DNA of 64,000 bases from Podarcis bocagei (lineage: Eukaryota), in the NCBI GenBank assembly GCA_964188305.1, contig OZ076889.1, one strand, 5' to 3'. Below the pieces are notes generated by a model. That model was not told the DNA's origin. It saw only the letters and a program-made list of their open reading frames with translations, and ran no database searches. Shown one piece after another: positions 53,220 to 64,000 of this stretch. The position numbers and the translations under genes were made by a program. The first letter of the stretch is position 1. Each line of letters starts with the position of its first letter.

Positions 53220-53931
53220 GGCAGGAGTAACTGGCTTCACAAATGTAAGATGGGGGACACATGGTTTGCTAGTAGTACATGTGAAAAGGATCTAGGGGTC
53301 TTAACATGCTTAACATGAGTCAACAGTGTGATGCAGTAACAAAAAAGGTTAATGCTATTCTAGACTCCTTCAACAGAAGTATAGTGTCCACATCAAGGGA
53401 AGTAATAGTACCACTCTTTTCTGCCTTGGTCAGACCACACCTGGAATACTGTGTCCAATTCTGGGCACAATTTAAGAAGGATGTTGACAAGCTGGACCGT
53501 GTGCAAAGGAGGGCAAACGAAATGACCTGGCACCTGGAAACCAAGCCATATGAGGGATGGTTGAGGGAGTTGGTAAGTTTAGATTGGAAAAGAGGAGAGT
53601 GAGAGGAGATATGATAGCTATCTTCAGATCTGAAGGGCTGTCATATGGAAGATGGAGCAAGCTTGTTTTCTCCTGCTCCAGAAGCTTGGATCCGAAACAG
53701 TGGTTTCAAGTTACAAGAAAGGAGATTCTGACTAAACATATGGAAAAACATTCTGACAGTAAGAGCTGTTTGACAGTGGATTGAACTCCCATGGGAGGGT
53801 GTGGACTCTCCTTCCTTGGAGGTTTTTAAGCAGAGGTTGGATGTCTATCTGTCATGGATATTTTAGTTGAGATCCCCACATTGCAGAGTGTTGGACTAGA
53901 TCAGGGTTCTTTCCAACTTTATCATTCTATG
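53220..53931 (+). mobile_element. CR1 LINE 3' fragment
   Basis: ORF 53306-53602 SQQCDAV.KK.NAIL...SREVIVPLFSALVRPHLEYCVQFW, then LEKRRVRGDMIA. Ends attctatg. Confidence 0.95.
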
Positions 53932-54540
53932 CTAGGTGTACTGTAGATTGGAACATACCAGCCAAGCGAGGGGAGAAGCTATTTTATCCTGAACTTGAGA
54001 GAATTAGAATAGACTTTGCATCGCATCTTCCCAGCCTTACTCAGAACAGTGCAGCAAGCCACAAAGAGAATAATAGAGAAATGTCCACATTTTCAAACCT
54101 CAATAACCATGTTGGTGTGGAAATATATATGATACAGTATTTCATTAGCCATATAGTTCTTTTTTATTATTCAGCTTCTCTAAGTCTTGCTGAGAATTTC
54201 GCATAGATCATACGGCATTGCAATTGGGTCTTCTAGGAGGGAGTTCCATAACGGTTGCTCAGGAGCTGTATGAAAATCTCAAACTTTATTTCAGTAACCA
54301 ACCAACATAAAATGAATCAGACAGATAAACTGAACTTAAAACAGGTAAGGGGTAAAAACTAGTAGTTAAAAGGTGATTATATCATACATAAGTTAAAAAG
54401 ATAGAAACAAAGACAAACTGTTAAAAGTGACTATAAGGGCGGGAGCGTGAAGGAGCCCAGGTCTTGCATTTGTGGCGCAAAGCATCTTTCAACAAATATC
54501 CATCATGGCAGTGCAGAATCTGGCAACTGAGTATGTAAAG

Positions 54541-54595
54541 GCTTCTCGGCCTTTACACTTGCTAAGATCAAATGTAGTATCTGACTCTCTATCAG
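54541..54595 (+). pseudogene. RNU2: U2 snRNA 5' fragment (3'-truncated pseudogene)
   Basis: gcttctcggcctttacacttgctaagatcaaatgtagtatctgactctctatcag vs U2 GCTTCTCGGCCTTTTGGCTAAGATCAAGTGTAGTATCTGTTCTTATCAG. Confidence 0.88.
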
Positions 54596-54677
54596 ATATT
54601 CACCCTTCCACTGAACAGTCAAAGAACAACACTAGCAGATTAGCAGGCAATTGTTTCCATATTTAATTTATGTCATA

Positions 54678-54922
54678 CAGTAGTACCTTGGTTTTCAAAC
54701 AAGAATGCATTCTGAAAGTCTGTTTGACTTCCAAAACATTTGGAAACCAAGGTGTGGCTTCCAATTGACTACAGGAGCGTCCTGCATCCAATTGGAAGCC
54801 ACGGAAGTCGCACCAGACGTTTGTCTTCCGAGGCAAAGTTTGCAAACCGGAACACCTACTTCCAGGTTTATGACGTTCGAGTTGTTCGTGAACTAAGTTG
54901 TTTGAAAACCAAGGTATGACTA
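54678..54922. mobile_element. Tc1/mariner (Tigger-like) MITE, second family
   Basis: ta|cagtagtaccttggttttcaaac ... gtttgaaaaccaaggtatgacta|ta. Confidence 0.8.
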
Positions 54923-55149
54923 TATTACATCTGCTACCTGTTTTAAGTTTTGTAATTGGTTTACCAATGCCAGGTACATTTGTGCTACTATCAACACTGC
55001 TTTGTGAATGGTCACTATGACGATTTTACATGCATGTAAGTTTTAACATAATGATCACAGACTCGTGTTGTTTGCATTTCATTTCCCTCTGTCCTCACTG
55101 ATTACAGTTTACCCCTTCAACAATCATGTGTGTTTGTAGACATATATAA

Positions 55150-55235
55150 TGCTGAATGCATCTAATGAAGTGGATTCTTGCCCAAAAAAGTATTCCATAA
55201 TAAATTTATTAATTATTAAGGTGCCAAAAACTCTT
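55150..55235 (+). mobile_element. Penelope-like element terminal fragment
   Basis: gcatctaatgaagtgg..gccca-aaaaag..ccataataaatttattaattattaaggtgcca resembles the reptile PLE terminal motif (CTGATGAAGTG..CACGAAAGC..AATAAA..TAAGGTGC), as recalled. Confidence 0.6.
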
Positions 55236-55261
55236 GGGCATGTTAGCACACAACTATAAGT

Positions 55262-55396
55262 CAAGAGTGATGAAACTGTAACCCTCCAGGTGCTGTTGGA
55301 CTACAACTATCATCCCTGACCATTGATCATGCTGGTTGGAACTGATGGGACTTGTGGCTTTCTGACTGTTTTTGGAACACAAGTTCCCCATCCCTG
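55262..55396. mobile_element. Palindromic hAT-type MITE
   Basis: ggactacaact...gatgggacttgtgg core. 8-bp flanks ctataagt / ctataagc. Confidence 0.75.
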
Positions 55397-56999
55397 CTAT
55401 AAGCTATGAATTAAGCCTTAATAAACCTAAATGTGAAAAAGCAGCATATTGGTGCATGCAGTCCATTCATTCCTCCCTTTGTGTAAACTGGGTATGGATT
55501 ATTTTGTGCTATGTCTGAACCTTGTTTGTTGCTCCCAAGCAAGCCAGAATTCGTAAGTCAACCACAAACTCCAGTTTAAGGGTTATAGTCCTGGCTTGTT
55601 TGGCAACAACAAACCAGAATCCTTGGTTCAAACATCATATGAAACTATTCATTCCTGGTTTATCTGCTCATGCAATGAGGGAAAGAAAAGGCTGCAAGCA
55701 CTATCATGTTGCTCATTTAATAAACCAAGTGTGGCCTTTGTTGTTTTTTGCTGCAATAGATGAACATAGCTACCGCTCTGAAAACTAAGCTCTGTTGTTC
55801 TGCAGTTAAAAACCTCTGGTGGGTCAGCACCTTGGTCTGGATAAGTGACTAGACTATCAATTCTATGTGCATATTTTCCTTTCATGGCTCATTTTCAGAT
55901 TTTGGTCCCTGGATCTTAGGTATCCATTTTTCGAAGAAGAGGATGAGAGTTTTCTCTCAGCACATCTGAAAGGCTAATAATACAAGATTGTTGAGATGCC
56001 TATGATTCTCCAGACTGAGTTATTTCTCAGACAGCGTGACCTGGGATTCTACAGAGGATAGTCTGCCCTCCTGTTTCTCAGTACTATCTGCAGAGAGATG
56101 ATCTGTTTGCTACCTCTGTGTCGTTTTCAACTAACTCTTTGATTTGATTGCTGATTATGGTCAGATTACTTTAAAAATGTTCTGGAATTTTCTGAAATGA
56201 GATTCTAGCCCAAGTAATAGGTTACCTGTTATTTTCTTTGGTATTTGTGACCCCCATCTCATAGTGTGTTGATTAGGTTCTCCCTTTTCTCATTTTGTGG
56301 CTATGTTCGTTTCTTCTGGTCTAGTTCCCGTTATATTTTGAAGCGACCATTAGTGAAGAGCCTGACCAATAGATCAGGGTCAATCCATGATCAGCTAATA
56401 GATAAAACGATTTTGTTGGGGAAAGAACAATGACTTACAGAGAAATCAGTTAAGTGAGCTCTCACAATATTTCAGGCAAGGTAGGGAGGAACAGAGTTTT
56501 GTCCAAATGTCTCCTGGCATGTTTGAGTAGAGCACAGGTGAGGACCTGCAGCCCTCAGCCTAGCTGCACACAGCTGAGGGGAGCCCTCAGGGGCCTGGGG
56601 CTGTTTCTTCAATGTTTTAAGAGGAAATGAGAAAATACAAGGGTTAATTTTTATTGCAATGCAATATCTACCATGAATTGTACGGCTGATTCAAAAATCC
56701 ATTGCACGGTTTGGTTTAGTATTGTAGCCATTTATTGTACAATTCCTAATAAGTGGCTTGAGGCTTATTATGGATTTAATTGAGATGCTCAGGCCATTTT
56801 ACAGTGCCTCAGGTGTCAAACATCTATTTTCCTGTTTAGTTGGTAACTGTTTCTCAGAGACTAGTATGCGCTAATTACAGATGCATATTGAATCTTTTGT
56901 GGAAAGTTCTGTCTTGTTTAAACAAGACTGTTAGACTACAACAGTGTGGACGGATTGCTGAAGGAGGATAGGAAGGTTGCAGAATTATTACAATCGGTC

Positions 57000-57290
57000 T
57001 TTACCATGGAAGAAGTTGAACAGATACTCTGCCTGAACAAGTATTTTGATGGAGAGCATTTAAAGCACCAAGTTGAAAAGAGGTGACAAGGAATGAAATT
57101 CTAAGGCTAATTGACAGATTAAAAATCTCTGTCATTGGATCTGGATGGCATACACCCAAGAGTTCTTAAATCAAGTGTGAAATTGCTGATCTTCTTAAAA
57201 AAAATGTTTTAGGTTGTCGCTAATATCAGATTCCGTACCTATGGATAAAAAGGTTCACTGACATAATGTCAATTTTTTGAAAAAGATCCA
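57000..57290 (+). mobile_element. Decayed CR1 ORF2 internal fragment
   Basis: gatggcatacacccaagagttcttaaa translates to DGIHPRVLK, followed by CEIADLL. Confidence 0.75.
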
Positions 57291-57329
57291 AACGTGGCAG
57301 GGAGGCCCCAGGTAAATGGCTAGAAAGGA

Positions 57330-57605
57330 TTAGTTGTTGGCATCTATCTTGGGAGAAAATGGAAGACTGCACTTTCTGGGGGCACAGTCAAACAGCTGGA
57401 GAGTTACAGCACCTGCTGTGACTGTAAAAACTGATATGGGAGAGACATGTCTTGTTGCAGCTAGGGCAGATGACGGCATCTGCTTGTGTTGATGCTTGTG
57501 TACCATGGTGCTTCTTTTTTCTGCACTCCTCACAGTTATCATTCCTCCTTTGGTTACATGACCTGACTGAAGTCTGACCCGCAAAACAGGCAAAGTTGGA
57601 GTGAT
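57330..57605 (-). mobile_element. RTE-clade LINE 3' end (second family)
   Basis: Minus ORF 57388-57618 VICPSCNKTCLSHISFYSHSRCC is an RTE-type C-terminal zinc finger. Confidence 0.8.
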
Positions 57606-58399
57606 GGTAAGAGGGCAATAGCTGTGAATAACCTAGCTCCCTTTAAGCATCCAGGTATTAAATCTACATAATTAAATCTCTCTGTGTAAACAGTTGGTTG
57701 CATTCTTAGTTAGAAAAGTATTAACATGCCTGTTTTGTATATTCTGTATGGTTTTTCTCAGTTTTCGTTCTGTGTGGTTTTTCTCAGTTTTAGAACAATT
57801 CTCTTTTAGGTTAGGTTGCGTTTGCTTTGCCTTTTGGAATTGCAAAGACTGCACCCGAAGACTTCTAAAAGATCCAAGCCTTTTAAAGACCCAAAACTTC
57901 TAAAAAGATCAGAGAGTAGCTGCCCTACAATGTAACTTTGCTTGCTGCACAAGTTTACTATCTAAAATTGTTACAGTTTGGAGGGTTTATGTTTACAAGC
58001 ATATATGGAATACAATCTGTAAGGGATTCTTATGAATTTAAGAAGTGCCCTGTATGATCAAGTCCTCTCCGCGCCCCCTACTCCCAGCGTTCAAGAGCTA
58101 AGGCTTTTTGAAACTAACACTTCTGCCCCCTTCCTTAATAACTGACCTTTTGTTACCTAATAGAGTTGTTGAATCCCCCCTTTAGACCTATTTGGCAGTG
58201 TTAATTCAACTCTGCTTTGTAGTTAGCTTTATCTCTTTCCTGCAGCTGTGTCTTATGCTCTCAGTTCTCTTTTGTTTTTTGCTGGTCTCCATTTCCAGAC
58301 CAGCTATTTTTTGTTCTCCCGTAGCATTCTAAGAAGCAACCCTGGTATGCCCTCATGCTCTTGTGTTCATGCTTTGCAGCACAGTGGGCTCATTGTACC

Positions 58400-58460
58400 T
58401 TCATAGAATCACAGACTCTTAGAGTTGGAAGGGACCCAAGAGTCATCTAGTCCATCCCCT
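58400..58460 (-). mobile_element. CR1 3' tail fragment
   Basis: catagaatcacagactcttagagttggaagggaccc. Similar short tails at ~21940-21980 (+) and ~60720-60765 (-). Confidence 0.7.
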
Positions 58461-58529
58461 CAGTTTCTTCATCCAAGTAATTTATGAATGCATTGAGCAT
58501 TGGTATTGATTATTGCTTAATAATACAGC

Positions 58530-58670
58530 ACCTGGCATGTTCAGGTAGGCAAGAGAAAGAAAAAAGATTCCTCCCTTAAGCTGTTGGAGAGCTGCTGCTC
58601 ACCAATATCAACAGTACTGAGCTACATGGACCCAATGGTCTTAAGTCAGTATTAAGTAGCTTTCTATGTT
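58530..58670 (+). mobile_element. Squam3-like SINE 3' portion
   Basis: ggagagctgctg..tactgagctacatggacccaatggtc..ttctatgtt matches the reverse complement of 62948-63060. Confidence 0.65.
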
Positions 58671-58796
58671 TTTGTACATTCTTCCCATACCTGTAACTGC
58701 CAGGTACAGCAGTGACATATCTAGTCTAAAATGGAAGGAAGATAAGTGGTAACAAAGCAAGACATATTCAGAGAGGGATTCAGCAGAGCTCTAAGG

Positions 58797-59052
58797 CAGG
58801 GGTCAGCAAACTTTTTCAGCAGGGGGCTGGTCCACTGTCCCTCAGCCCTTGTGGGGGGCCGGACTATTATATTTGGGGGGGGGAGAGAATGTACGAATTC
58901 CTATGCCCCACAAATAACCCAGAGATGCATTTTAAATAAACTGACACATTCTACTCATATAAAAACATGCTGATTCCCAGACCGTCTGTGGGCCGGATTT
59001 AGAAAGTGATTGGGCCGGATCTGGCCCCCGGGCCTTAGTTTGCCTACCCATA
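58797..59052. mobile_element. hAT MITE
   Basis: TIRs caggggtcagcaaact / agtttgcctacccata. 8-bp TSD ctctaagg / ctctatgg. Confidence 0.85.
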
Positions 59053-60774
59053 CTCTATGGCATCAGGTGAGGATTAGTGCTAGAATGTGCAGAATAATGT
59101 GACCCTCTCTAATTTCCCTTTCTGCTCAGTAATGCCAGTGGCGTTTGCTCTTTTATTTAGGCATCATAATGGGTAATAATAGATCTCTTTTAAAATCATT
59201 TCCCCTCATCATTTCGCATTACAGCAGCAAATATAGGCTTCGAAGGGCCTTTTTATGTGCTTCCATTTCTTATTCAGTGACACTAATGTAATGGGGTCCT
59301 CCCAGAGTACTGCTGAAGTAGCCTAGAGATTATTAGACTCTGAATTTAAATTCAGAAAATAATTTGTTAAAACCCTTAAGCACATTCCTACAGAAACCCA
59401 CATACGCATTTGGGTTGTTCTCAGTGCAGCATCAAAAGGAACAGGGCATGTGCCTCACTCTTCTTCTTCCCCCAAAACAGCCAGTTTGCCACAAAAAGAC
59501 AGGGTCCCCTGGAATTTTTAGGACTGGCTTGGTTTGGTTGTGATATGAGCTTTCTAAGCAAGAGTTGGTTTAACTGGATATGTGAGGCCCATAAGATGAT
59601 GAGCTTCAGATGTGCTTAAGAGGTAGGCTGTTGCATATCTATCTCATGCCTCAATGCATTGGCTAGTTGTTAAGGGGCCAAAGAAATGTATTCATTTTCC
59701 CCTCCCCACTTGCCAGCAATCTCAACTGGTCATTCTGAAAAAGAAGCATTCTCGTCAACTTATGCTGTGAAGCATCACATCTACATTAGGATGTGATTTA
59801 TGTAACAAATGCAAGGTGGTTGAGATTTGAAACCAACAAGACATTAACACCTGAGAAGAGGAACAAAAGAAGCTCTGTTATCAGGTTACGATAGTGATCA
59901 AAAATGCCTTATGACAGTGGTATGTGCAGCAGCAGAGCAACTTCCAGAAGCTAGGTGGAGTGCTAGTGACATTCTGAACTGTGCAATTAGGAATTTTTAA
60001 AAAGCAGCTTTCTAAAACACAGAACAGTAAATATGCAGTCATTCTGCTTGAATCAGTTTATAATGGCCTAATAAGTGATGGTATGTAATGAAAATGCAGC
60101 AAGAGCACCAGAATGCAAGCTTCGATGGGAGTGAAAGAAGCATTCATCTTAAAACAAATTCAAAACAGCACTGAGATTAAAAAACAAAACAAGCTTTTAA
60201 AATGCCAAGTTTGATGTAGCCTAGGTAGAGAATAAGTGGTGGTAGTTTTCAGCTGCAGAAATAAAGGATAATAGCTTCATTGTAAAAATAACTCTTTTAT
60301 CTCTCTCAAATCCAGAGGCACACATGGAGGCATTCAGTACACACGTGGAGGCATTCAGACACTTACTTGGATTTGGGGGTGTGGCAACAAGTGTTATCTT
60401 AGTAGATGTTAATCTGCAATTCTGCTCCTCAGAAAGGGTTCCTCTCAAGACACAGTGTCATTTACAGAAATCAGCAGCTTTGTTCAGTTAGCTATAGACA
60501 AATATATTTCTTTAATAGGAAAGGCAGAAGCATCTTGGCCAAAACTTCTGCTGCTCCCTGGAGGGGGTGGGGATGTACAAAGAGGTGACATGTTCTCATG
60601 TTCTTCTAGCCACTCTGGGCAGTTTCTTGCTTGGAACTAATGCTGTCTGTTCCCCATTTCTTTTGAGGAGCTGTGTGATAATTCACCTTTGAGCTTCAAA
60701 CATCTTATTTTTTTTTATCCATAGAATTGTAGAGTTGGAAAGGACCACTATTCCAATCCCCTGCATCATACAAG

Positions 60775-60893
60775 AGGGGTAGCCAACATGGTGCATTCCA
60801 GATATCCCATTAGCTCAAGTCAGCATGGCTAATAGACAGACATGCTGGGAGTTGCACAACAACACCTGGAGAGCACCGCATTGGCTACCCCCA
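60775..60893. mobile_element. Palindromic hAT-type MITE
   Basis: Termini aggggtagccaac / ttggctacccc. Confidence 0.7.
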
Positions 60894-61568
60894 CCCAACA
60901 GCATAATAGTTCAGAAGCTGATAAATTTCACAAGCATCTAATTATGCAGCATAGGTAGTAAAAGGCCCATATAATTATGCCTTGATGGGAGGGATCTCCC
61001 TTCTAGGTGTAACACTATTGACATTGTTGCATTCTACGTTATAGAAATGCCTTGTCATCTCTACTCAAGTGGTAGAGCACTTTATAATTCCTTTAGTTCC
61101 TATAATTCCTATAATTTCCTGCAAGATAATGCTTCTCTCTATTTTAACTGCTATGCAGATGGTATTGGAAATGCTTTTATAATTTTTTTGCGACTCAAGT
61201 CTGGAAAATATGCTATAATCTTACCCTTACACAAATGAGAGGAGAATTACTAGGCTGCTGCCGAATAGTAATATAGGTATCTCCTTGGTGTGCTTGAAAT
61301 CCTGGGATCAGCCTTGTCTGGACCAGGTTTCCTTCACACTGGCAGCTTTGTGGTCAGGCCTTTTGAGCCCACCCAGATCTGATAATCTGCACCTTTAGGT
61401 GATGCAGTCAAATGTATTCTAGTTCTCAAGAGGACAGAAACTTAAAACAACCTTCCCCAACCTGGTTTCCTCATGTTTTAGAATACAGCTCTCGTCAAGT
61501 CCAGCCAGTATGACAGCAAACTCAAGGAGTTGCAAAATCCTGAAAAGGAAAGATTTGGTTGATTTAGA

Positions 61569-61708
61569 TCAGGAATGGGGAACCTATGACTGTCCAAGAT
61601 GCTCTTGGACTACATCTTCCATGAGCCCCAGTCAGCACGGACAGTGGTCAGGGATGGTGGGAGTTGTAGTCCAACCATATCTTGAGGGCTGTAGGTTCCC
61701 CAACCATA
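61569..61708. mobile_element. Palindromic hAT-type MITE
   Basis: caggaatggggaacct...ggactaca...tgtagtcc...aggttcccca. Confidence 0.75.
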
Positions 61709-62179
61709 GCATAGACTCATGAGGCTTTTTGTCATACTTTTGAGGAGTGTTTTTAATAGAGGAATAAAGGTAAACATACTTGTTCATGTGTTTTAATTGA
61801 GAATTTCCCAAATTATTCTACTAAATATGCGCTCCGGGCTAGAAAAAAAATCTCACTCCATTGCAATACCTAGTCTCCACGGCTAATGAGTAAGCAGAGA
61901 TGTGAGCTGTAATTGTTTTAATAAAGTGCATAGATGTGGTTGGGTGCACACAGGGAATAGAGCTAGTGAATTAAAAAAACCCAATTTTTATGTAGTCACT
62001 TTTCTTCCCTTAGACGTTCTTTAAAAAGACAAAGGATTATTTATAGATCACTGAGAAATGTTAAATGAGTTCATTGAATATTCTGTTAATATGTAGAGAT
62101 GGAAAAACAAAAGATGCCATCCTAAGAATTCTTTTGTTTCTTCTCTTTCTCATCAGAGTATCAAAGATAAATAACAAAC

Positions 62180-62520
62180 TTGAAAGACTGCTTGCAGGTT
62201 TGGCTAAGAAGGAAACCAGGCTCTTGTTCAATGGGGAGCAAAGACGGTTTAGTGGAGACAGGAGAACGGTCTGTTCATACAGAAAGGGACATGGATCAAC
62301 TATTCTCTTCAGGCAGTGAAGACAAAAAAAAAAGCAAGACTGGCTTGAATGGCAATAGACAGAATACCAGTTTAAGAATAAAAGTGGAAAATCTTTGTAA
62401 ACACTTATGGGTTATGAAACAGCAGAACAAGTGGAACAGAATGGCGTATGGTAAGGTTGGGGGTGGGGAAATATAATACAGATTTCCCCAACAAGAGAGA
62501 TGGATATTATGTGTAGTGGA
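62180..62520 (+). mobile_element. Highly decayed CR1 3' fragment
   Basis: RLLFNGEQRRFSGD resembles CR1 [12 protein letters not shown]. Confidence 0.5.
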
Positions 62521-62947
62521 GTAAGGGGGGTTTAGCAGTGCCGCCTTATCTGCTCCAGATCAAGTGTTGAAAGAACCAACACATTGGAAAACAAGCCCTC
62601 AGAATGGCTCACAGATTCTCACTGCCTAAGATTATTCTTTTCAATTCCTGCCATGTATCAGAATTTATTTTCTTCCTGATCAACTTTAAAGGTGTGTAAT
62701 CATGCGAAATGTAGTCTCTGACAGCACAATTTTAATTCTTGCCAACCACTCGACAAGCAATTGGTACAGCAGGAGCAGAGTGCAAGTTCCTACTGTCTCC
62801 TTAGCTTAATAGATTCATTGCTATCACCATTCCATGAATTACTTCATTTATAAACACGGTATTAAAATGTTATCAACTTCTTGGCTGAAACACAATTGAA
62901 AGAACTGAACCTGAAGTTACATCACCCAGTTACTGTGTGTACTTAAT

Positions 62948-63122
62948 AACATAGGAAGTTGCCTTAATCAGACCAGTGGTCCATCTAGCACAATATTGTT
63001 TTCTGTGCTGACTGGCAGACACTCTCCATGGTTTCAGGCAGGGGCATTCCCAGTCCTACCTGGAGATACTGGTGATTGAACCTTAGGACTTCTGCATGTG
63101 TTCTGCCACTGAGCTATGGCCC
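62948..63122 (-). mobile_element. tRNA-derived SINE (Squam3-like)
   Basis: Reverse complement reads gggccatagctcagtggcagaa..ggttcaatc..ctagatggacc..cttcctatgtt. Confidence 0.75.
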
Positions 63123-63207
63123 ATCCCAACAACCTTGTCTTAGCCATGCAGTCTCTATCTGATCCCTCATATTCTAATCCTTGTGGGCAATTGGATTTTG
63201 TAATCTA

Positions 63208-63439
63208 CAGTGGTACCTCGGGTTAAGAACTTAATTTGTTCTGGAGGTCCGTTCTTAACCTGAAACTGTTGTTAACCTGAGGTACCACTTTAGCTAATGG
63301 GGCCCCTGCGCTGCCGCCACGCAATTTCTGTTCTCATCCTGAAGCAAAGTTCTTAACCCAAGGTACTATTTCTGGGTTAGTGGAGTCTGTAACCTGAAGT
63401 GTCTGTAACCTGAAGCACCTGTAGCCCAAGGTACCACTG
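63208..63439. mobile_element. Tc1/mariner MITE
   Basis: TIRs cagtggtacct / aggtaccactg with TA TSD. Near-identical to 32986-33211. Confidence 0.92.
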
Positions 63440-64000
63440 TATTCCTTTCTTTATATCCCACTTCTGTGCTACATCTGAGGAAGATTTCAGTTTGGATTCT
63501 TATAAGCTTAGTGTTCAGTGCCATTTCTAGCTATAAACATTGTGAAATTGTTTTCTTGCGCAAATGTGCAAGAACTGGGGAGCCTGTGGCTCTCCAGTTA
63601 GCAAATTACTATCATTCCTGATCATTGGCCATAGTGGCCGGGGCTGAGCGGAGTCCCAACAATATTCGAAGGGCCACTGTTTCTCCACCCTTGGATGTAG
63701 AACCAGTCCATAGAGCCGAGTCATAGTCAGAAGTAATACTTACATTGTTTGGGTGTTTCCCTTTTTTGCATTTTTGCTTGTTTGTTCTGAGGCTTCTCTG
63801 TGTTTGAAGTCTTCTCTTTACTGAACCAGTGACACCATCACACTAGTCTCCCTTTTTGAAATTTGCTTTTGCAAATTAATATACTTACTATCTGTACTGA
63901 AAGAAATAATCAAATTGATATTAACAGGATATACAGTAATCTGTGATTAGGTTTAGAAGTGTGAAAGTGGTTTGTTGTCTCAAATTTGTTTTTGTTTTTT

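Noticed and set aside
53306-53784. Protein-like ORFs
   Set aside because: Frameshifted CR1 ORF2 remnants, not host genes.
57860-57910. Degenerate ~18-bp tandem repeat
   Set aside because: Ordinary local slippage without spacers; not CRISPR-like, and the DNA is eukaryotic.

Overview
AT-rich vertebrate genomic DNA from a squamate reptile. The Sauria SINEs and the associated SINE/MITE families fit a lizard, probably a lacertid (inference). No intact protein-coding gene is recognisable. The ORF track consists of chance ORFs or decayed transposon fragments, so the window is probably intronic or intergenic. Supported content: 4 Sauria SINEs, tRNA-derived and CORE-type SINEs, many CR1, L2 and RTE LINE fragments, Tc1/mariner MITEs (TA TSD), hAT MITEs (8-bp TSD), two solo LTRs with 5-bp TSDs, a ~300-bp fold-back element, a U2 snRNA pseudogene fragment, a 5S rRNA-derived fragment abutting a tRNA-SINE head, and microsatellites. 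The most notable item is a frameshifted fossil at ~19.96-20.53 kb (minus strand) resembling the XPG-like/LPPT region of an AcademX DNA transposon protein. A Penelope-type end with a decayed hammerhead ribozyme core lies at ~55.15 kb. Several repeat-poor blocks look like possible promoters, first exons or enhancers, but this cannot be confirmed from sequence alone. Family assignments come from recalled motifs, not database searches. Repeat boundaries are approximate unless a TSD is quoted.
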